From: an uncultured delta proteobacterium
GTDB taxonomy: Bacteria; Myxococcota; Myxococcia; Myxococcales; Anaeromyxobacteraceae
Reading direction: 5' to 3'
Assembly: GCA_963845515.1 (NCBI GenBank)
Contig: CAWJSR010000035.1
Location: 32,001-96,000, forward strand
DNA length: 64,000 nucleotides
Below the pieces are notes generated by a model, which saw nothing but the letters and a program-made list of their open reading frames with translations, was not told the DNA's origin and did no database searches. This document shows positions 20,363-29,278 of this stretch, in pieces (position 1 is the first letter of the stretch; the number at the start of each line of letters is the position of its first letter). The position numbers were made by a program, and so were the translations under genes.

Positions 20363-21274
20363 ATGTTTCGGTCTTCGCACGCGATCACCGGCGCCTTCGG
20401 CTACAGCGGGCGCGCCATCGCCGCGCGGCTCCTAGCCAGCGGCCTTGCCGTCCGGAACCTCACCGGCCACCCCGACCGCACGGATCCCTTCGGCGGGCGC
20501 GTCGAGGTGCGTCCCCTCCCGTTCGGCGACCCCGCCGCGCTGCGCGGATCGCTCGACGGCGTGCAGGTCCTCTACAACACCTGGTGGGTTCGCTTCGCGC
20601 ACGGTGACCGGAGCCACGAGCGCGCCGTCGCCGCGAGCACCGCCCTCATCGAGGCCGCGCGCGACGCGGGGGTCGAGCGGGTGGTTCACGTGTCGATCAC
20701 GCGCCCATCGCTCGACTCGCCCCTCCCCTACTTCAGCGGGAAGGCGCGCGTGGAGCAGGCCCTGCGCGCCTCCGGCCTCTCCCACGCGATCCTGCGCCCG
20801 GCGGTCTTCTTCGGCGGCCGGGACGTCCTCCTCAACAACATCGCCTGGCTGCTCCGTCGCCTGCCGGTCTTCGGCCTCGTGGGCGGGAGCTACGGCCTGC
20901 GCCCCATCCACGTGGAGGACTTCGCTGCGCTCGCCGTGGCCGAGGGAGAGCGCAGGGGGGACGTCATCCGAGACGCGGTCGGTCCCGATGCGTTCACCTT
21001 CGAGGAGCTGGTCGGGCGAATCCGCAGCGCGGTCGGCTCACGCGCGCGGATCGTCCGCGTCGCGCCGTGGATGCTCCAGGCCGCGTCGGCGGCGCTCGGC
21101 ATGGTGGTCCGCGACGTCCCCCTGACGCGCGACGAGATCGCCGGCCTGACCGGTGGACTCCTCGAGTCCCCCGGCCCGGCGACGGGCGAGGTCCGGCTCG
21201 GCGACTGGCTCGACGAGCACGGCCCGGAGCTGGGGCGCGAGTGGGCGTCGGAGCTGGGGCGGCACTTCGCGTGA
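20363..21274 (+). CDS. NAD(P)-dependent epimerase/dehydratase (atypical SDR)
   Basis: ITGAFGYSG Rossmann motif; YFSGK; ILRP. Confidence 0.85.
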   Translation: MFRSSHAITGAFGYSGRAIAARLLASGLAVRNLTGHPDRTDPFGGRVEVRPLPFGDPAALRGSLDGVQVLYNTWWVRFAHGDRSHERAVAASTALIEAARDAGVERVVHVSITRPSLDSPLPYFSGKARVEQALRASGLSHAILRPAVFFGGRDVLLNNIAWLLRRLPVFGLVGGSYGLRPIHVEDFAALAVAEGERRGDVIRDAVGPDAFTFEELVGRIRSAVGSRARIVRVAPWMLQAASAALGMVVRDVPLTRDEIAGLTGGLLESPGPATGEVRLGDWLDEHGPELGREWASELGRHFA

Positions 21275-21282
21275 GGGCGCCG

Positions 21283-21690
21283 ATGGGCCGCCGCGCGCGC
21301 ATCGCGCTCGAGCTGCTCGCGCCACCGATGGTGGCGTCCGTCCTCTTCACCGCGATCTTCGCGGTCCTGGACCGGGACGCGGCGGCCTTCGTGGGGCTGC
21401 CGCTGATCCTCGTCTTCGCCTACCTCTTCGCCGGGCTCCCCGCCGCGGCCTTCACCCTCGTCCTGGAGGTCACGTGGGCGAAGGGCGTGGATCCCGGTAG
21501 CTGGCGCGCCGTCGGGATGGCGGCGCTCGCCGGGCTGCCATCCGGCCTCCTCGTCACGCTCTGGTTCGCGCCGTGGGCCCACCCCGGGCCGCTGCCGGGC
21601 TTCGCGATCTTCGGCGCCCTCGGGACGGCGACGGGAGGGATCACGGGGCTCCTCGTCCGGGCGCGAACGCGCTCGCAGAGGGAGTGGTAG
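21283..21690 (+). CDS. Small integral membrane protein (about 4 TM)
   Basis: Four hydrophobic segments; ATG 8 nt after the SDR stop. Confidence 0.65.
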   Translation: MGRRARIALELLAPPMVASVLFTAIFAVLDRDAAAFVGLPLILVFAYLFAGLPAAAFTLVLEVTWAKGVDPGSWRAVGMAALAGLPSGLLVTLWFAPWAHPGPLPGFAIFGALGTATGGITGLLVRARTRSQREW

Positions 21691-21740
21691 GTCGCCCCGT
21701 CGCCCCGCGTCGCCCCGTCGCCCCGCCCCGTCGCCCCGCC
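21691..21740. repeat. Short tandem repeat of GTCGCCCC (5 copies with GC/GCCCC spacers)
   Basis: GTCGCCCC GTCGCCCC GC GTCGCCCC GTCGCCCC GCCCC GTCGCCCC read directly. Confidence 0.85.
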
Positions 21741-21851
21741 CGAGAGGCCCGTTCCGCGAACCGTGGCTCGTGCCGCGAACGGTCGGCTACAACCGGTCTC
21801 AGTGATTCCGGGAGGTCCAGACAGGCACACCACCTGCTCATGCCTGGCGGC

Positions 21852-22748
21852 GTGACTCCCGTCCGACAAGTCCTCAGGGGAAGCACTCACCTCGTCACCC
21901 GCCGCTGCTCTGAGCGCCGCTTCTTCCTGAAGCCCTCACCGCGCACCGAGCAGATCTTCCTGTACGCTCTCGCGCTCGTCGCCGGGCGGTACGGCATCCT
22001 GCTCCACGCCTACTGCGTCCTCTCGAACCATTACCACCTGCTGCTCACCGACCCCCTCGCCAGGCTTCCCGACTTCCAGCGGGACCTCAACTCGCTCCTC
22101 GCCAAGGCGACCAATGCAGCCCTGGGGCGCTGGGATGGCTTCTGGGAGCGCACCAGCTACAGCGCCGTCGCGCTTGTCAGTTCCGCCGATGTCTACGCCA
22201 AGCTCGTCTACGTCCTGGCGAATCCGGTCGCCGCCGGCCTCGTGCGCACCGCAGCCCAATGGCCAGGGCACTGGTCCGACCCTCGCCTCATCGGAGCCGG
22301 GCCTGTCACCATCCAGCGACCGAAGGGATTCTTCGACGAGAAGGGTGACATGCCTGCCTCCGTCGATCTCAAGCTCACCGCTCCTCCTGGATTCGAGAAC
22401 GATCCCGGCTTCGTCGAGCGGCTCCTCGAGTCGCTCCGCGAGGCCGAGGAGTCCGAGGCGGCGAAGCTGGCCGAGGAGGGACGCTCCTTCATGGGTGCCG
22501 CTGCGGTCTGCGCCCAGAGCTTCTTCGCCAGCCCGGCTCCCGGAGAGCCTCGCCGCGTCCTCAGCCCTCAACTCGCCGGCCGCAACAGGCGCAAGCGCAT
22601 CGACGCGCTGCAGCGTCTCGTGGAGTTCAGGGACGCCTACCGCGAGGCGCTCACCGCTTGGCGCAACGGGATGCGCGACGTCCTCTTCCCGCCGGGGACT
22701 TGGCAGATGCGCGTCCTGCACGGCGCAGCCGTCGCAGGCGCGGGCTAG
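21852..22748 (+). mobile_element. RAYT-like / IS200-superfamily Y1 HUH transposase
   Basis: HLVTRRC; YCVLSNHYHLL (HUH); FWERTSY; YVLANPVAAGLV (catalytic Tyr + NPV); WPGHWS. Start GTG 21852 or ATG 21840. Confidence 0.85.
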
Positions 22749-22968
22749 CATCCCTTTCTCCTTTCACACCACCCGCTCTTGCGGCGTCCGAGACGAGACG
22801 CCGTGCGACCAGGAATGCCTCCACGTCGGCGGCGCCTAGCTTCGCCTGCCCGTGGGGGTCGTGATCTGCCCGTTCGGATCGGTCATTTCGTTCGATTGGC
22901 GCCGGTTAGGGCTGCTGGTTTCATCCCCGCGTGCATCGCTCAGCTTCTCGGCACCCGGGCGTCACCTT

Positions 22969-23028
22969 CCGTCAGCGTTTCCCTTCGGGCGGGGCGCGCC
23001 GTCAGCGTTTCCCTTCGGGCGGGGCGCG
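22969..23028. repeat. Exact 30-bp direct tandem duplication
   Basis: CCGTCAGCGTTTCCCTTCGGGCGGGGCGCG present twice in tandem; contains a CCC-TTC-GGG mini-hairpin. Confidence 0.9.
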
Positions 23029-23030
23029 CA

Positions 23031-23531
23031 CGCTTCGCGCGCCCCCTCGCCGACCGGATCCGCTCGATGGGGGGCGTTCGCTACATGTTCCTCACCCACC
23101 GCGACGACGTCGCCGATCACGCCCGCTGGACGGAGGAGCTCGGCTGCGAGCGGATCCTCCACGCGCGCGACGTGACGCTCGGGACCCGCGCGGTGGAGCG
23201 GAGGATCGAGGGGGACGCGCCGGTGGCGCTCGCCGACGACCTGCTCGCGTACCGGTGCCGGGCCACACCGCCGGATCCCCGGCGCTCCTGTTCCGCGAGA
23301 CGCTGCCTCTTCACCGGCGACCACCTCTGGGGAAACGGGCGCGGCCGGCTCGGCGCGTCGCGCAGCGTCTGCTGGTACGACTGGGGCGAGCAGACCCGAT
23401 CGATGGAGCGGCTGCTCGCGCTCCGCTTCCAGTGGGTCGTGCCAGGCCACGGCCGCCCGTGGCATGCCGCCTCCCCGGAGGCGGCCCGCGCCGAGCTCGC
23501 TGCGCTCGTCGAGGCGATGCGCGCTCGTTGA
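23031..23531 (+). pseudogene. 5'-truncated MBL-fold metallo-hydrolase with internal frameshifts
   Basis: [11 protein letters not shown], (P)VPGHTAGS in another frame, [14 protein letters not shown]; no N-terminus or start, which is replaced by the 30-bp repeat. Confidence 0.75.
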
Positions 23532-23535
23532 GCTG

Positions 23536-24377
23536 CTACGGGGCGTCGGTAGGGTCCCAGCTGGTCCGGTATCCCTCGTCGAGCCCGTCGAGCGACCTCC
23601 ATGTCCTCGGCGTCCAGGGCGAACCCGTACAGCTCCGAGTTCTCCCGGATCCGCTCCGCGTGGACCGACTTCGGGATGACCACCAGACCGTGCTGGAGCC
23701 CCCAGCGGAGCAGCACCTGCGCCCCGGTCCGCTGGTGCCTCGCCGCGATCCGCCTGAGGATCGGGTGGTCCATTCGCTGCCCGCGCACGAGCGGCCCGTA
23801 CGCCTCGAGCTGGATGGCGTGGAGCTGGCAGTGCGCGAGGAGCGCGCGCTGGTTCAGGAAGGGGATGGAACTCCACCTGGTTCACCGACGGGGGCACCTT
23901 CGCCTGCGCGAGGAGCTCGTCGAGGTGACGCACGGTGTAGTTGGAGACGCCGATCGCCGCGCGCCTTCCCGTCGGCGAGGATCGTCTCCATCGCGCGCCA
24001 GGTCTCGCCGCGCAGCCCCTCGACCGGCCAGTGGATGAGGTACAGGTCCACGTACTCCAGCCCGAGCTTCCCGAGGCTGTGGTCGAGGGCGCGGATGGCG
24101 CGCCCGTAGCCGTGGTCGTCGTTCCAGAGCTTCGTCGTGACGAACAGCTCACCGCGCGGGATGCCGCTCGCCCGGAGCGCGGCACCCACGTCGGCCTCGT
24201 TCCGGTAGGCCCTCGCCGTGTCCACGTGGCGGTACCCGGCCGCAAGCGCCGTGGCGACCGCGTTTCGCGTCTCGTTCGCCCGGCGCGGACTGCCAGACGC
24301 CGAGGCCGAGCATCGGCATCTCGACGCCGCCTCTCAGCGTCACGGTCGACCCGAGGTGGAGCTCCCTTCGTGTCCAC
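23536..24377 (-). CDS. Aldo/keto reductase; several frameshifts
   Basis: Fragments [67 protein letters not shown] in different frames. Confidence 0.85.
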
Positions 24378-24486
24378 GTTGCCTCCAGATGAGGCGATCT
24401 TACGGGAACCGGTGCCGTCCCGCCCGCGGCCGCCTTAGATCCGGGTCATCGGGCACGTGATGATCCCGCCCTTGAAGGAGTGTGTC

Positions 24487-25681
24487 ATGCGCATCGGCGT
24501 GCTTGGTTCCGGCGTGGTCGGGCAGGTGCTTGTCGGACGGGTTCCTCAAGAAGGGGCACGAGGTCACGCGCGGGTCGCGCGAACCCGGCGAAGCTTCAGG
24601 CGTGGGCCACCGCTGCCGGCCCAAAGGCGCATGCCGGCACCTTCGCCGAGGCGGCCCGGTTCGGCGAGCTCGTCGTGATCGCCGTGAAGGGGACGGGAGC
24701 GGTGGCGGCTGCGGAGTCCTGCGCCGGGGCCCTCGCCGGCAAGACGGTCATCGACACCAGCAACCCCATCGCCGACGGGCCGCCGGTGAACGGCGTGATC
24801 CCGTTCTTCACCGGACCGGGCGACTCCCTCCTCGAGCGCTTGCAGGCAAGGGTACCCGCAGCCCACTTCGTAAAGGCCTTCTCCTGCGTCGGCAACGCGC
24901 TCATGATCGACCCGAAGCTGCCGGGCGGGCCCCCGACCATGTTCATCTGCGGGAACGACGACGCTGCGAAGCGCGAGGTCGTCGGCCTGCTGGGTCAGCT
25001 AGGCTGGGAGCACGAGGACCTCGGCGCGGCCGAGGCGGCCCGTGCCATCGAGCCGCTCTGCATGCTCTGGTGCATCCCCGGCTTCCGCCAGAACCGGTGG
25101 AACCACGCGGGAGCTGCTCGGGCCCCGCCCCGCCGCCCGAGCTGGTCCACCACGACGGCGAGACGACCACGATGGTCTTCAAGCAGTCGCAGAACTCCAA
25201 GCCGGTGGCGGCGTGGCTCTGCCAGTTCGATCGCCGCACCGGCCGCTTCTCCGACCTGGTGAAGCGTCGCGGCCTCCGGCCCATCGGCTTCGACCCGCCG
25301 GAGCGCTACTTCTACTTCGCGCGTGGAGGTCTACCCGACCGGCGACGCGCCGAAGACCGGTCCGGTGACCCTCGAGCTGGCGCGCGTCGCGCTGAAAGGC
25401 CTTGCCAGCGACTGGAAGATGACGCTCGAGCTGCCGAAGCGGAAGCAGCCCCCTGGGGCTCCGCGAGCGCCACTTCAGCCCCGACGGCAGCCGGCTCGCC
25501 CTCGTGGAGCACAACGAGCGGAGCTACCCCGCGGCGACGCCGCCCCAGAGCGTCTACGTGATCGACCTCGCGAGCCGGAGGGTCGACGTCTACCCCGGCC
25601 CGTTCTCGCGTACGGCGTGCTTGCATCCCCGGCTTCCGCCAGAACCGGTGGAACCATGCCTTCAAGCTCTTGAAGGGGTGA
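24487..25681 (+). pseudogene. NADPH-dependent F420 reductase-like Rossmann oxidoreductase, frameshifted and interrupted by a ~515-bp insert
   Basis: MRIGVLGSGVVG, VIDTSNP, VKAF, ICGND, AIEPLCMLWCIPGF; the natural end CIPGFRQNRWNHAFKLLKG* resumes at 25622-25681. Confidence 0.75.
25071..25656 (+). repeat. 35-bp direct repeats (25071-25105 and 25622-25656) flanking a foreign coding fragment
   Basis: TGCATCCCCGGCTTCCGCCAGAACCGGTGGAACCA identical in both copies. Confidence 0.9.
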
Positions 25682-25843
25682 GAGGCGTCGGCGACGACCC
25701 TTCGCGGGGGCCCCCTCCTGGGACACCTTTCACTCCACGCGACGGGCTTTCTGGAGCTGCCCGAACTAGATGTAAGAGGACAGCGTCGCTGACTCGCAGG
25801 GGCCGGGCATGACCGTCAGGGGAGTGGTGCATGGCGGTAATGA

Positions 25844-27463
25844 TTGACCCGGAGAAGAGCAGCCTGCGTGCGAGCGGCGCCGCGACTGCTTCAAGTCCTG
25901 CGCGTGCTCGCCCGACACAAGTTCCTGGGTGCCTTGCGCGGCAAGGGACACTGGCCATCCCCCAGGGAGGTGCGAGAGACCTTCGAGGAGCTCGGGCTGA
26001 CCTTCATCAAGTTCGGCCAGGTCCTCGCGATGAGGCGCGACCTGCTGCCGGACGCGTACATCAACGAGCTGGAGCTGTTGCACGACCAGCTCCCGGCGCT
26101 CGGCATCGACGCGGTGCGCGCCACGGTCGAAGCCGAGCTGGCAGCCCCGCTGGCGCAGCACTTCGCGTCGTTCAGCGAAGTGCCGCTGGCCGCCGCCACC
26201 ATCGCCCAGGTGCACGAGGCGACCACCGTGGACGGGCGTCACGTCGCGGTGAAGGTGCAGCGGCCCCAGCTCGAGGAGATGATCGCCACGGACATCGCGG
26301 CGCTGAACTACCTGGTGGCGCTGGGGGAACGGTTCTTCCCGCGCCTGCGGGCGCTCGATCTGCCGGTCCTGGTCCGGGAGTTCGCCAACAGCCTGGACCG
26401 GGAGACCGACTTCAGTCACGAGGCTCGCTCCATCACGCTCTTCCGCGCCGCGCTCGCGGACGTTCCCGGCCTCTGGATTCCCGCAGTCGTGACGGAGTGC
26501 TCCAACGGGAACGTGCTCACGATGGAGTTCTCGGCGGGCGAGCGGGTCGACGTCTACGCCAGGGACAATCCGGAGGAGATGCCCCGGCTGATCGCCACCC
26601 TGGTCAGGCTCACCCTGCAGACGATCTTCGAAGAGGGGCTCTTTCACGCCGATCCGCATCCCGGCAACGTCTTCGTGCAGCCCGACGGCCGGCTCTCCTT
26701 GCTGGACTTCGGGATGACGGGCGAGCTCGACGAGCAGATGCGCGAGTCGCTGAAGCTCCTGCTCGAGGCGGTCGTCAAGGGCGATGCCCGGGCCGCCACC
26801 GAGGCCTATCTCGAGCTGGCGCCGCAGGGCAGCGAGAAGGTGAACCGCGCCGCCCTGTCGATGGACATCAAGGCCGTGCTCTACAAGATCCACAGGAGCG
26901 ACCTCGAGGAGGTCTCCATCGGGGACTCGTTCGACTCGCTGCTTCGCGCCGGGAGCCGACACGGGGTCCACAACCCCGGCGAGTTCTTCCTGCTTACCCG
27001 CACGTTCGTCATCCTCGAGTCGATGATCCGGCAGCTCGACCCCGCCCACAGCTACATGGGGTCGTTTCGGGAGGAGATCGCGCGGCTGACCGCGCAGCAC
27101 TTCTCCGTCGAGCGGATCACCGAGAAGACGACCAAGCTGGCGCGCGAGCTGGAGCGGCTCATCCACGATGCGCCCGGCGACACGCGCCGCGTCCTCCGTC
27201 GCATGGCCGAAGGGAACCTGGGGCGACTCCAGGCTCCGGCGATCGAGGCGCTGGGAGGCCGGATCGGCCGCAACGTCGAGCGGCTCACCGGCGCGATCGC
27301 CGCCGCGTCGCTCGTCATCGGCGGCGCGATGCTGACCAGCGCCCCGCTGGAGGGCTGGCACCACTCCCTCGGCGAAGCCATGGTCGGCGGCGGGATCTTC
27401 GGCACCGCCGTCATCGTCATGGGCGTCTTGCGCCCTGACCGGGGGCGCCGTGGCCGGCGCTGA
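25844..27463 (+). CDS. ABC1/AarF/UbiB-family atypical kinase
   Basis: ELGLTFIKFGQ, PLAAATIAQVH, VAVKVQRP, FHADPHPGN, LLDFGM; C-terminal TMs; start uncertain. Confidence 0.92.
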   Translation: MTRRRAACVRAAPRLLQVLRVLARHKFLGALRGKGHWPSPREVRETFEELGLTFIKFGQVLAMRRDLLPDAYINELELLHDQLPALGIDAVRATVEAELAAPLAQHFASFSEVPLAAATIAQVHEATTVDGRHVAVKVQRPQLEEMIATDIAALNYLVALGERFFPRLRALDLPVLVREFANSLDRETDFSHEARSITLFRAALADVPGLWIPAVVTECSNGNVLTMEFSAGERVDVYARDNPEEMPRLIATLVRLTLQTIFEEGLFHADPHPGNVFVQPDGRLSLLDFGMTGELDEQMRESLKLLLEAVVKGDARAATEAYLELAPQGSEKVNRAALSMDIKAVLYKIHRSDLEEVSIGDSFDSLLRAGSRHGVHNPGEFFLLTRTFVILESMIRQLDPAHSYMGSFREEIARLTAQHFSVERITEKTTKLARELERLIHDAPGDTRRVLRRMAEGNLGRLQAPAIEALGGRIGRNVERLTGAIAAASLVIGGAMLTSAPLEGWHHSLGEAMVGGGIFGTAVIVMGVLRPDRGRRGRR

Positions 27464-27472
27464 AGGTCCACC

Positions 27473-29197
27473 ATGAACGACTACGAGAAGACCAAGGCCG
27501 AGCTCGTCCACGAGGTCACCGACCTTCGCAAGCGCCTCGCGGCGCTCGAGAGGGCGGCGCATGAACGCGTGCAGCTCGACGCCGACATCCAGGATGCCCG
27601 GGAATATGCCGAGAACATCGTCGAAACCGTGCGCGAGCCGCTGGTGGTGCTGAATTCCGACCTGAAGATCCTCACCGCCAACCACAGCTTCTACGATACC
27701 TTCAAGGTAACGCCCGAGGAAACCATCGGGAATTTCATCTACGACCTCGGCAACCGGCAATGGGACATTCCCAAGCTGCGGGTACTCTTTGAGGAGATCC
27801 TCCCCCATGATACCGTGATCAACGGCTATGAGGTCGAGCATGATTTTCCCGGCATCGGCCGCAAGATCATTCTGCTCAACGCCCGGCAGATCTTCCGGGA
27901 AAATATCGGCTCACACATCATCCTCCTGGCCATGGAGGACATCACCGAACGCAAGCAGTTGGAAACGGAGATCCAGGATGCCCGGGAATATGCCGAGAAC
28001 ATCGTCGAGACCGTGCGCGAGCCGCTGGTGGTGCTGAATTCCGACCTGAAGATCCTCACCGCCAACCAGAGCTTCTACGATACCTTCAAAGTAACGCCCG
28101 AGGAAACCATCGGGAATTTCATCTACGACCTCGGCAACCGGCAATGGGACATTCCCAAGCTGCGGGTGCTCTTTGAGGAGATCCTCCCCCATGATACCGT
28201 GTTCAATGGCTATGAAGTCGAGCATGATTTTCCCGGTATCGGCCGCAAGATCATTCTGCTCAACGCCCGGCAGATCTTCCGGGAAAATATCGGCTCCCAC
28301 ATCATCCTCCTGGCCATGGAAGACATTACCGAACGCAAGCTGGTGGAGGAGCGGATCAGCGAGGTCATCCGGCAGCAGCAGGCCATTCTCGACAATATCC
28401 CCAACATCGCCTGGCTCAAGGACAGGAAGGGAAGGTATGTCGCGGTAAACGATCCCTTCGGCAAGGCGTTCGGCAATGACACCGAAGGATCTGGTCGGGA
28501 AGAACGATTACGATATCTATCCGCCGGGAACTTGCCGTGAAATACGAGACAGGACTTCAGGGAGGTCATGGCGACCGGCACGCGCACCTATTTCGAGGAG
28601 TCCGCTCGTCGACCGGGACGGGAAGATCCAGTACGTGGAGAAGATCGAAACGCCCATCTTTAACGACGCCGGAGTGGTCATCGGGATCATCGGCATCGCC
28701 CATGACATTACCAGCCGCAAGGAAGTGGAAGTGCACGCTCCGTCACGACAGCACCCACGACATGCTGACCGGCCTCTATAACCGGGCGTTTTTCGACGAA
28801 GAGCTGGAACGGCTCTCCCACGGCAGGATGTTTCCCGCTGAGCATCGTGATGGCCGATGTAAACGGTCTGAAAACGGTCAATGATACCCTGGGGCATGAA
28901 GCGGGAGACCAGCTGATCCGGCTGGCGGCCCGGATCATCCTGGGGGCCTTCCGGGCCGAGGACATCGTGGCCCGGATCGGGGGAGACGAGTTTGCCGTTC
29001 TTCTTCCGGGGACGCCGGCACCGGTCGCGGAGCAGGCGATCGTCCGGATCATGGCGAGCCCCGAGGTCGCAGGCAGTCAGGTGAGCATCGCCTTCGGCCT
29101 GGCCACCGCAGAGTCCAGGGATCAGCTCGACGGCGCGCTCAAGCTGAGCGACGAGCGGATGTACCTGGACAAGACCGAGCAGAAGGCCTCCTCGTGA
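27473..29197 (+). CDS. PAS-PAS-PAS diguanylate cyclase (GGDEF); several frameshifts between 28470 and 28840
   Basis: Duplicated PAS (IVETVREPLVVL...LLAMEDITERK), third PAS (ILDNIPNIAWLKD...HDITSRK), HDMLTGLYNR, DVNGLKTVNDTLGHEAGD, ARIGGDEF. Confidence 0.85.
27587..28340 (+). repeat. Near-identical intragenic tandem duplication with a 384-bp period (PAS domain)
   Basis: 27587-27956 vs 27971-28340 differ mainly at synonymous sites. Confidence 0.95.
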
Positions 29198-29199
29198 GG

Positions 29200-29264
29200 G
29201 GCCTCACCCGCTCCCCACGCCCTCCCCTCTCCCCCGCCGGAGCGGAGGAGAGGGACTCGGGGGA
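29200..29264. repeat. REP-like palindromic element / terminator between the convergent DGC and pyc genes
   Basis: GGCCTCACCC...CCCTCTCCCCCGC-CGGA-GCGGAGGAGAGGG hairpin. Confidence 0.5.
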
Positions 29265-29278
29265 GCTGGCTGGGCGCG

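Noticed and set aside
22969..23028. 30-bp repeat pair as a mini-CRISPR
   Set aside because: The copies abut with no spacer.
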